In this document: one piece after another, positions 38,694-48,000 of the stretch
Position numbering within the stretch: the stretch's first letter is position 1
How the letters are laid out: every line of letters starts with the position of its first letter
NCBI GenBank assembly: GCA_040771865.1
Contig: JAXGZF010000005.1
Coordinates: 310,001-374,000 of the forward strand
Origin: Desulfobacterales bacterium
GTDB lineage: Bacteria > Desulfobacterota > Desulfobacteria > Desulfobacterales > UBA2245
Reading direction: 5' to 3'
Length of the DNA stretch: 64,000 nt
Notes under the pieces: model-generated
Told to the model about the DNA's origin: nothing
What the model saw: the letters and a program-made list of their open reading frames with translations, nothing else
The model's database searches: none
Position numbers and translations under genes: made by a program

Positions 38694-40955
38694 TTGGATA
38701 AAAAAGTATTTATCAGGTTTTTAGACGGAGCCAGGACCGAAGGCTCACTCGTCGGCCCATTTAGCCCGGATGAAAATCAGTTCGTCATATTCGACTCGGA
38801 GGGAAGCAAACAGACCCTGTCCCTGGATATGATCAGCACCGTGTGGATGACCGGTGAATCGGAACACGATGCCGCCTCTGTCAATGATACGATGATAGAA
38901 GAGGTGGAGACCGTTGCCGGTGTGCATTATCAGGTCCGGATTCCTGAGCGGAAACAGTTTGAAACGGGTTTTTTCGGTTATCCGATCGAGCCTCTGGGAC
39001 CCTGCAATCGGATATTTTTTACTTTCGCAGGGCTTAAATCTCTCCAGAAAAACGAATTTATAGGTGAGATACTTGCGAGGAAAGGGACGATATCCGAGAC
39101 CCAGCTCATGGATGTTCTGGATGAACAGAAAAAGCTTAAACACAGACGGCTTGGTGAAATTCTGGCGGATTCCAATAATATCGATCAGCAAACCATTGAG
39201 GGTAAAATCAGCGAAACCCGGATTTCGGGAAAATTTCCATTACGGGCAAGAATCGGCGAAATACTGGTCTCAGCCGGGCTGGTGACCCAGAAACAGGTGG
39301 AAGAAGCCCTGGCCAGTCAGGAAGCCGGGAAAAAAAAGAAGATCGGAGCTCTGCTGATTGAAAAAGGGCTGGTGACCGAAGAGCAGCTGCTCTCGGCTCT
39401 TGCGGTCAAGTTTCGAATGCGTTTTGTGAATCTGGAAGACGTCGCTCCGTCTCGTGCGGTATTGAACGCCCTGTCGCTGAATGTCGTCAAACGGATGCAG
39501 GTGTTTCCGGTTGAGCTTCATTCCGATCGCCTTGGGGTGGCCACGTCGGATCCGACCGATCCTTTTATCGTTGATACCCTGAGATTTTATGCCAACAAGA
39601 GAGTTGATCTGGTCGTGGCCACATCCGGGCAGATTGCACAGGCCATTGAAAAATACTACCTGGCATCCAAGGATTCGGTTGAAGAAATCATCGGAGAACT
39701 GTCAGAAGAAGATGTCTCGGTCGAAGAAGAGATCGAGGACGCGCAGTTTGATGAAACCGATTCTCAGGTGATCAAACTGGTCAACAAGGTTCTGGTCGAT
39801 GCATACAAGAAAGGGGCTTCGGATATTCATTTCGAGCCCGGTCTGGGTCAAAAACCCTTTAAAATCCGGTATCGCATTGACGGCGTATGTCACGAGGCTC
39901 ACAAGATTCCAAGCAGTTACAACAAGGCGATCATTTCGCGGATCAAGATCATTTCCGGCCTGGATATCGCCGAACATCGTAAGCCTCAGAGCGGAAAGAT
40001 CGGCATTCGATACCGTCAGAAAAAAGTGGAATACCGGGTGGAAATTACGCCGACCATAGGCGGCAACCAGGATGCGGTTTTACGGATTCTCAGCAGTTCC
40101 AAGGCGATCCCCCTTGAAGAGATGGCTTTTTCACCGGAAAATTACCAGGGATTCAAGGAAGCGCTGGCCAAGCCTTACGGAATCATCCTCTGCGTCGGGC
40201 CGACCGGGTCCGGAAAGACCACCACACTGCACGCGGCTCTTTCAGTCATTAATTCGCCGGAAAGAAAAATCTGGACAGCTGAGGATCCTGTGGAAATAAC
40301 CCAGGAAGGTCTTAGACAGGTCCAGGTGCATTACAAGATCGGATTTACATTTCAGGAGGCGCTTCGATCTTTTCTGCGCGCGGATCCCGATGTGATCATG
40401 ATTGGCGAGATGCGAGACGCAGAAACGGCGAAAACGGCCATTGAAGCTTCTTTAACCGGCCATTTGGTCTTTTCCACCCTTCACACCAACAGCGCTCCGG
40501 AAACTGTGGTCCGACTGATCGAGATGGGAATGGATTCCTTTAATTTTGCCGATGCCTTCCTGTGCGTGATAGCACAGAGACTGGCCAGAAAACTCTGTTT
40601 GGAATGCAGAAAGCCATATCATCCAAGTCGAGAAGCTTACGAAGATCTTGTCCGGACATACGGAAGAAAATGGTTTGAAAAAGACGGGCTTCCCGAATAC
40701 GGTGAAAACCTGGAGCTGATGGGGCGTGCTGAATGTCCGGCCTGCGGTGGTATCGGTTATCAGGGCAGAATTGCGCTGCATGAGATGCTATTGGGCATTC
40801 CCGAGATCAAAAACGCCATCAAACAAAAGGCAACCATGGAAGAACTTCAGGGCATCGGACTGGAATACGGCATGCGAACTCTGAAAATGGACGGTATCCG
40901 CAAGATCTTTGAAGAACACACCGACCTGTTGCAGGTTCTCAAGGTGTGCCTGTAG
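38694..40955 (+). CDS. PilB/GspE-family assembly ATPase with MshEN-like repeats
   Basis: ASDIHFEP, Walker A GPTGSGKTT, TAEDPVE, LRADPDVIMIGEMRD, GHLVFSTLHTN and CxxC...CxxC. Repeated RLGxxL-type motifs at about aa 120-240. Confidence 0.93.
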   Translation: MDKKVFIRFLDGARTEGSLVGPFSPDENQFVIFDSEGSKQTLSLDMISTVWMTGESEHDAASVNDTMIEEVETVAGVHYQVRIPERKQFETGFFGYPIEPLGPCNRIFFTFAGLKSLQKNEFIGEILARKGTISETQLMDVLDEQKKLKHRRLGEILADSNNIDQQTIEGKISETRISGKFPLRARIGEILVSAGLVTQKQVEEALASQEAGKKKKIGALLIEKGLVTEEQLLSALAVKFRMRFVNLEDVAPSRAVLNALSLNVVKRMQVFPVELHSDRLGVATSDPTDPFIVDTLRFYANKRVDLVVATSGQIAQAIEKYYLASKDSVEEIIGELSEEDVSVEEEIEDAQFDETDSQVIKLVNKVLVDAYKKGASDIHFEPGLGQKPFKIRYRIDGVCHEAHKIPSSYNKAIISRIKIISGLDIAEHRKPQSGKIGIRYRQKKVEYRVEITPTIGGNQDAVLRILSSSKAIPLEEMAFSPENYQGFKEALAKPYGIILCVGPTGSGKTTTLHAALSVINSPERKIWTAEDPVEITQEGLRQVQVHYKIGFTFQEALRSFLRADPDVIMIGEMRDAETAKTAIEASLTGHLVFSTLHTNSAPETVVRLIEMGMDSFNFADAFLCVIAQRLARKLCLECRKPYHPSREAYEDLVRTYGRKWFEKDGLPEYGENLELMGRAECPACGGIGYQGRIALHEMLLGIPEIKNAIKQKATMEELQGIGLEYGMRTLKMDGIRKIFEEHTDLLQVLKVCL

Positions 40956-41016
40956 ACAGGTGCCCGATTTCAAAGCATCCAATTCTTTCTTTTGTATCCG
41001 GTGGGGATATTAAATA

Positions 41017-41265
41017 ATGAAGCGTATTGTAAATCCTTATCTGGTTGTCAGCCTGTTGTTTCTGGCGATCGTTCTTGTGGGAATTCGTTACTGGGATTGG
41101 GCACAAAGAGAACTGGGCTTTGCGTTGCTTCTGTATTTTGTCGTTTTACTGGGTGTCCGGCTCGATGAAATGACCCATCAGTTGATAGAGGTCAACGAAA
41201 ACTGTCGGCGCCTTCTGGCAGCCCTGAATCAGGCGAATGAAAACACACGAACCTTTAAACCCTGA
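41017..41265 (+). CDS. Small two-TM hypothetical protein
   Basis: 82-aa ORF with two hydrophobic helices and a short coiled coil. Confidence 0.65.
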   Translation: MKRIVNPYLVVSLLFLAIVLVGIRYWDWAQRELGFALLLYFVVLLGVRLDEMTHQLIEVNENCRRLLAALNQANENTRTFKP

Positions 41266-41346
41266 CCCTTGAGATCATGACCGATCCAGACGGACTTGCA
41301 TGAATCCGTCTGAGTTGAAATCCACCCGCTGAGTTCTGGTGGCGCA

Positions 41347-42627
41347 TCACCTTTGTTCAATGGGAATATAGGGGGTCAGTGCCGGACCGCAATAGACCTG
41401 CCGGGGTCGGGCGAGCTTCCACTCCGGATCATCAATACTTTCCTTCCACTGGGCGATCCAGCCGGGAAGCCTTCCGATGGCAAACATCACCGTAAACATA
41501 TTGGTGGGAATTCCTATGGCTCTCAAAACAATGCCGCTGTAAAAATCAATGTTCGGATAAAGGTTGTGTTCAATAAAATAATCATCCCTTAAAGCGGCCG
41601 TTTCCAGTTCCTTGGCAAGATCCAGAAGCGGATCATGAATGTGCAGCTTTTCAAGCAGATTGTCGCATTCGCGCTTCATGATTCTGGCTCTGGGATCATA
41701 GGTTTTGTACACACGGTGGCCGAATCCCATCAAACGGAAGGTTTCGCTTTTTGTTTTTGCCTTTTCAAGAACCTCTTTAACCGGAATGCCGTTTTCCAAA
41801 ATATGGGTGAGCATTTCGATAACTGCCTGATTGGCCCCGCCGTGCAGAGGACCCCAAAGAGCTGTAATTCCGGAGGAAATCGAGGAATAAAGATTGACGC
41901 GGGCGCTGCCGACAATGCGAACGGCCGTAGAGGAACAGTTCTGTTCGTGGTCGGCGTGTAGTATCCAGAATACATTCAGCGCACTGACCCGTTCGTCGTC
42001 GATCTGATAGGGTCTGACCGGCGTGTCAAACATCATGTTGAGAAAATTGGCGCAGTAACTCAGATCCGGTCGCGGATACACCACCTTATGGCCTTTGGAT
42101 ATCTTGTAGGACATGGCGGACATGGTGCGCACCTTGGAGAGCAGGCGGGTGACGGTTGTATTGATTTCTTCTTTCACGGCCTGAAATTCGGGATAGAAAC
42201 TTTTCAGCGCATTCACCATGGAAGACAGAATGCCCATGGGATGCGATCCGCGGGGATAGTTCTGGAAAAAGATCTGCATATCCTCGTGGACTAGGGAATT
42301 ATCATTCAGCATGACGGAAAAGCGGTTCAATTCCTTGCGTTTGGGCAGAACGCCATTAACGAGCAGATAGGAAGTTTCCACAAAACTAGAATTTTCGGCG
42401 AGATCTTCGATCGGAATGCCGCGGTAACGAAGAACTCCCTTTTCGCCATCCATAAAAGTGATGCTGCTGATGCAGCTTCCCGTATTGACAAATCCAGGGT
42501 CCATGGTGATCAGGCCCGTCATTCTGCGCAGTTGAGAGATGTCAATGGCGCGTTCGCCTTCCGATCCCGTGATGATTGGAAACTCGAAGGTCTTTCCATC
42601 AATGACGAGTTTTGCATATTCAGACAT
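41347..42627 (-). CDS. gltA: Citrate (Si)-synthase
   Basis: DPGFVNT, LHADHEQN, GPLHGGAN, MGFGHRVYK and YPNIDFYSG motifs. Confidence 0.97.
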   Translation of the reverse strand: MSEYAKLVIDGKTFEFPIITGSEGERAIDISQLRRMTGLITMDPGFVNTGSCISSITFMDGEKGVLRYRGIPIEDLAENSSFVETSYLLVNGVLPKRKELNRFSVMLNDNSLVHEDMQIFFQNYPRGSHPMGILSSMVNALKSFYPEFQAVKEEINTTVTRLLSKVRTMSAMSYKISKGHKVVYPRPDLSYCANFLNMMFDTPVRPYQIDDERVSALNVFWILHADHEQNCSSTAVRIVGSARVNLYSSISSGITALWGPLHGGANQAVIEMLTHILENGIPVKEVLEKAKTKSETFRLMGFGHRVYKTYDPRARIMKRECDNLLEKLHIHDPLLDLAKELETAALRDDYFIEHNLYPNIDFYSGIVLRAIGIPTNMFTVMFAIGRLPGWIAQWKESIDDPEWKLARPRQVYCGPALTPYIPIEQR

Positions 42628-42828
42628 GGCGTGTCCCGATCAGTTTGATTTTGTTTTGAATCGTGAACCGGATGGCTTTGACTTTTTTTATAAATATAGA
42701 ACTGTCTGCAGAATGCGTCAAGCGGCGCAGAAAACATTTGACAAAAATCGGTGAGCAATCGCATATGGTTTTTAAAGGCGTTACAGTTGCGGCCTGCTCT
42801 CAGCATTTCATCAACAGGACTGAAAAAT

Positions 42829-43629
42829 ATGTCATTTAAAGAAAATCTATTAAAAAAAATAGAGATCAAGCGACTTTCCGAAAAGGTGATCCGCTCTTTT
42901 GAAGTGATTCCATCCGAGGACAGTCCTCCGAAGGCCGACAGAGAAACCATGCGTAGTCTGCTTGCATCCAACGGATTTGAGGCACGATTCGAGCGGGATC
43001 TCGAACTCTACATTCTGGATGGCAACACAGACAAAGGCAGAATTCTGGTCTTAGATAATGTGATGTCGATTTATCTTACTTCCCTTGAGGATGTTCTGAT
43101 TCGAAAAAGTCCTACCATTAAGGAGATGGTCAATATCCGCAATGCGATTAAAATCATCAAGGATCAGGATGTGGTGTTCAGCAAGAAAGCCGCATCCGTT
43201 GAGATCATACGCGATCTTTGCATCAATCGTCTGGATCTTAGAATGACGATGGCCGATCTGGATCAGATTGAACGGGAAGGTCTTGCGGCTCTTGAAAACC
43301 GTTACGCTGAAGGAGTTATTGAAAGTATCAGTCTTTTTGCCGAAATTCTGGGTTACGCTCTTGTGCCGAAACCTTTTAGGATCAAACATTTCGAGATAAT
43401 GGGATGTATTTCGTTGAACGAAAAAGGCGAGCAGACGGTCGGGCCGATTGTCCTCTACAGCCTGATTCAGAATGAACTCAAGCTGATTGAACACAAGATC
43501 CCGGTTTTCAGTAAAGAGCAGGTGAGACTGTTTCACGAGATCGCCGCCGGCAATCAGGATCCCGCCAAACTGGGCCCTGATGTTTTAAATCGCCTCAAGC
43601 AGGAATCGTCGCTGCTTATCAGAGAATAG
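42829..43629 (+). CDS. Hypothetical protein
   Basis: 266-aa ORF from MSFKENLLKKI; no family recognised. Confidence 0.78.
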   Translation: MSFKENLLKKIEIKRLSEKVIRSFEVIPSEDSPPKADRETMRSLLASNGFEARFERDLELYILDGNTDKGRILVLDNVMSIYLTSLEDVLIRKSPTIKEMVNIRNAIKIIKDQDVVFSKKAASVEIIRDLCINRLDLRMTMADLDQIEREGLAALENRYAEGVIESISLFAEILGYALVPKPFRIKHFEIMGCISLNEKGEQTVGPIVLYSLIQNELKLIEHKIPVFSKEQVRLFHEIAAGNQDPAKLGPDVLNRLKQESSLLIRE

Positions 43630-43770
43630 CGAGGCGCCTGCGGGACAAAATCCCATCCATCTTCGGGAATTTCCCCAATAAAATGAATTTGTACCCCTAT
43701 GGACAAACCTGCATGATACCGTAATATTTTTAAAATATAACTGCGGCATCAATTTTTATGACAGCGAGGT

Positions 43771-44046
43771 ATGCAGGGTATGTGTCAAGATCTAAAATTT
43801 GAAATATCCAAAGTTCCCAAGGATAAAGATCTTCTGTCCACAGCTGCGCCCGAGAAAAACGGTGGTACTTTACCCAAAATAAATGTGGATCTTACGGCCC
43901 TTATTCGAAGCGTCCAGCGCTCTGAAGGCAACTCCGACTGCTTTCGCCGGAATAAGGGGTATTGCGATCAACTCGGTTGCGCCTGGCGGTCTTATTGCCT
44001 GCCATTGCAAGGTGATGCCCAGCAGGACCCGTCCAAATCAGCTTAG
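43771..44046 (+). CDS. Small four-Cys protein (LIRxxQRxEGNxDCF...CDQxxCxxRxxC)
   Basis: Shares its C-terminal motif with 44666-44857. Confidence 0.75.
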   Translation: MQGMCQDLKFEISKVPKDKDLLSTAAPEKNGGTLPKINVDLTALIRSVQRSEGNSDCFRRNKGYCDQLGCAWRSYCLPLQGDAQQDPSKSA

Positions 44047-44238
44047 AGTGTTTAATTAAGGCGACAAAACGGCCTCGTCAGCCAAGGTACGCTTCGAGCG
44101 GGGTTGCTGATGTCGGTTGCAGACTTGGTTCTGAAAATCAGGCCGCACTCAGCCCGCAAAACCCTGACGGGGATTTCTACAGCCGGTCTCTTGAATTTTC
44201 GAATTTCAGCAAGGCCGTGATCTGTATACGAGAGGGTC

Positions 44239-44526
44239 ATGTCAAACTTCGGAATTTTTATACACCGCAATGAAGACGTTTTGCATATTAAATTGATGGG
44301 AGATTTCGATGAATTATCGGCCATTCAGTTGATTCATGCGCTTGAAAACGCATGTGCGGTTATCCGGCGCGTCATGATTCATACCGATTGTCTGAAAAAC
44401 ATATCCTCATCGGGTCTGTGTTTATTTAAAGAACGTTTTTCGCAATTAAACATGCCTTCCTTTATGATTTCCTTTACAGGCAAGAATTCAAACCGGATGA
44501 TGCCGGTTGGCGCACTGACCTTTTGA
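44239..44526 (+). CDS. STAS/anti-sigma-factor-antagonist-like protein
   Basis: LHIKLMGDFDELSA...RVMIHTDCLKNISSSGL follows the STAS beta-alpha pattern. Confidence 0.65.
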   Translation: MSNFGIFIHRNEDVLHIKLMGDFDELSAIQLIHALENACAVIRRVMIHTDCLKNISSSGLCLFKERFSQLNMPSFMISFTGKNSNRMMPVGALTF

Positions 44527-44665
44527 TGTTCGATGCTGCTCGTACCGGTTTTTGTGGAACCGGTCATTGCGGCAAGACATTCGTTTGCGGAGTGAGAAAC
44601 CTGTTTTGATTGTGCCATAAAACAAATTTTATCAATTTGAACCGGGCAATAGTGGGAGGAATGGA

Positions 44666-44857
44666 ATGAAGATGCACGAAATCAGAACGATGGCAAAACA
44701 GCTTGGTGTCAAGTCGTTCGGTAAGTCCAAGGTGGAATTGATCCGGGAAATTCAGAGAAAAGAAGGTAATTTTGATTGCTTTGGTCGCGCCTCAGCATAC
44801 TGTGACCAAACCGACTGTGCTTTTCGTGCCCTGTGTTTTCAGGAAGGATCTGCCTGA
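44666..44857 (+). CDS. Small SAP/Rho-N-like helix-extension-helix protein with four-Cys tail
   Basis: RBS GGAGG; MKMHEIRTMAKQLGVKSFGKSKVELIREIQRKEGNFDCF...YCDQTDCAFRALC. Confidence 0.85.
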   Translation: MKMHEIRTMAKQLGVKSFGKSKVELIREIQRKEGNFDCFGRASAYCDQTDCAFRALCFQEGSA

Positions 44858-44997
44858 AAGCTTGAACACGGCACGATTCATCAGAATATTCAGTCGGCAA
44901 AGGATTTACGAAACACCGCACGCAGCAGGGGCGTTTTAAACGGAGAAAGCCGGCGTCCGCAGAATTATTGAGACAACGCCTCATTCCTGAATTTCAA

Positions 44998-45026
44998 TTG
45001 ACAGAGGGATTGTATCACCCTACTAT
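44998..45026 (+). promoter_or_regulatory. Sigma70 promoter of the glycogen cluster
   Basis: TTGACA-N17-TACTAT, about 70 nt upstream of ATG 45098. Confidence 0.75.
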
Positions 45027-45097
45027 AAGCTTCGAATAATTCGGCAATTTTTTATTCAATATTTTCCCGGTATCAGAAGAACTGGCGCGTTAACTCT

Positions 45098-48000
45098 ATG
45101 AAACCATTGAGCGGGCTTAGACAGGAACCCGATCCCGGAGCCTGTTTGTTGCATTTCCGGGGTGATGCGCTGGTTTTTACACTCAGCGCGCCATCCCTGG
45201 AAACCGGAAGCGCCTGGGTGCGAACCAATATCGGTCATGCCCGTGCAACCCGGACCGAGATTATCAGGCGGGTCAATTGTCAGGAAACGTCTCTGGGCAG
45301 GGACTGGTTCGATATTCCGATGCGGCGCATCGACAAGGGCCGTTTTCAGGCCAGACTTCCCCTCTGCGAGGTGGGACATTTTCAGGCCAAATGTTACTTT
45401 CTCAAAGACGGCGAAACCTACCCGATGTGGCCCGAGGGCCCCAATACCGTTATTAATGTGGAACCGGCGGAAACCTGTTGCGCCAATATCATTTACAACG
45501 CCTTTGTCCGGCAGTTCGGTCCGAACAAGGCGGGAACCTTTCTGTTCCCGGTCGAGCAGACCTGCATTCAGGCGTTGGACAATGCCGGATTTACCGTGAT
45601 CCCTCCCTCCGGAACCTTTCGGGACCTGATCAGGGAACTGGATTTCATCATCGAAAAGCTGGGCTGCCGCATCATTCAATTGCTCCCGGTCAATCCCACG
45701 CCTACCACCTATGCGCGAATGGGCCGGTTCGGCAATCCTTATGCTTCCCTGGATTTTACCGGCATCGATCCCGCTCTTGCCGAATTCGACCCTCGGGCTA
45801 CCCCCCTGGAACAGTTCTACGAACTGGCGGATGCGATTCATGCCCGGAATGCCAGGCTGTTTCTGGATATCGCCGTAAATCATACCGGTTGGGCCGCGAG
45901 CCTTCACGAATCCCACCCTGAGTGGCTGTCGCGTTTTCCCGATGGCCGTATCGAGGTGCCCGGCGCATGGGGCATTATCTGGGAGGATCTGACCAAGCTT
46001 GACTACCGGCATACTGATCTCTGGCAGTATATGGCCGATGTTTTTCTGACATGGTGCCGTCGCGGCGTCGACGGATTCCGGGCTGATGCGGGCTACATGA
46101 TTCCCGTGGAAGCCTGGAAGTATATTGTCGCCGCTGTCCGTGAACAATATCCGGATACCGTGTTCTTTTTGGAGGGGCTTGGCGGCAAGATCTCCGAGAC
46201 ACGCCATATTCTTGACGAAGCAAATTTCAACTGGGCCTATTCCGAACTTTTTCAAAACTATGACCGGTCCCAGATAGAAGGATATCTTCCCGGCGCCATA
46301 GAGATTTCCCGCAGCCAGGGGATCATGCTGCATTATGCCGAAACCCACGACAACAACCGAATGGCGGCCGTCTCACAGTGCTTTTCCAGAATGCGAACCG
46401 CCTTGTGCGCACTGTGTTCTCAACAGGGAGCTTTCGGATTTGCAAACGGCGTGGAATGGTATGCGACGGAAAAAATCAATGTTCACGGCGCATCTTCTCT
46501 GAACTGGGGTGATTCGGCAAATCAGGTGGATGAAATTCGACGGCTGAATTCCCTTTTAAGGGTTCATCCGGCTTTTTTTGACAATACCGATCTTTCAATG
46601 ATTCAAAACGGGCCGGGCAATTTCATTGTCATGCGGCGGCATCACCGGCCGACTGAAAAAAGAGTGCTGGTGGTGGTCAACCTGGATGCCGACCACCCTG
46701 TACATGCCGCCTGGGATTCGGATCAGGCCGGAATCAAGGAAAACGTTATGGTGGATCTGCTCAGCGGCGTCGAAGTCAAACTTCAGGTTTCAGGGAACCG
46801 TCGTTCATTAAACCTGGATCCGGGTCGGACCCTGTGTCTGTCTGCGGACTGGGCCGATATGGAGCTTCTGTCCCGGTACGGCAACCGGTTCTGCCGCATG
46901 CCCGAGCACGCGGCACGACGCAAACTGGCGGCAAAGGCGCTCGAGGTGAGGGGATACTATCGCGGAACCTGTGATCTGGGCGATGAGAACATTGATGAAG
47001 CAGCCCGTCTGCTTGCGGAACATCCGGCGGCGTTCTGCCGCAAATACAACCCGTACAGCGAGGAATCCAGGGTAGTGATGTGGAAATGGCCTCAGGATCA
47101 GAAGCGTCAGGTCATGGTTCCTCCGGAACATTTCCTGATGATTCAAAGCGCAACCTACTTTCGGGCCAGCATCATCCAGGAAGATCGATGTTTGGCAGCC
47201 GAAGATGCGGCGATGCGATCCGACGGAACTTTTTTTGCGCTCTTCATGCCCCTGCCGGCGCCCAAGGATTTTTTTTCCTGTTCCCTGAAAATGCGGGTCT
47301 ATACTCCGGAACACTGCCAGCACGTGGAATCCCCGCTTCTGTATCTGCCGTATCCGGCAGGAATCACCATCCGGCAGCGGTTTTCCCGACATGAGCTTCT
47401 CCAACATTCTCCCCGACTGCTGGGGACCAATGGTCATGGCGGCATGTTAAGAGCTAATGCGTCATGGGGTGATCTGGCCAGCCGATATGACGCGCTTCTG
47501 GCTGCCAATCTTTGCACGGATTTTCCAAAAGACCGGCAGATGCTCTTTGCCCGGTGCCGGGGCTGGATCGTGTATCAGGGGTTTTCACGGGAAATTAACA
47601 TCGATTGCCTGGATGCATTTGACTATGAGTATGAATCCCGGGGGTTCTGGCATTTTTACATTCCAGCCGGACAGGGGCAGCATCTCTGGTTGAGCATCGG
47701 ACTGGAGATGATTCCCGGAAAAAATGCGGTTCGCATGGTTTTTTATCGACATCACGCCGGTTCGGATGCGGACCGGCTTTCGGATGAAAAATCCGTTGCC
47801 CTGATTCTGCGGCCGGATATTGAAGACCGGAATTTTCATTATCTTACCAAGGCTTATGTGGGGCCGGAACATGAATGGCCCAAGGCGGTCAGGTCTTTTG
47901 ATTCAGGATTTGAATTCGCTCCCGCTCCGGATCACCGGGTGAGATTTGAAATTGCACCGGGAAAGTTCATCACGGCGCCTGAGTGGCATTATATGGTCTA

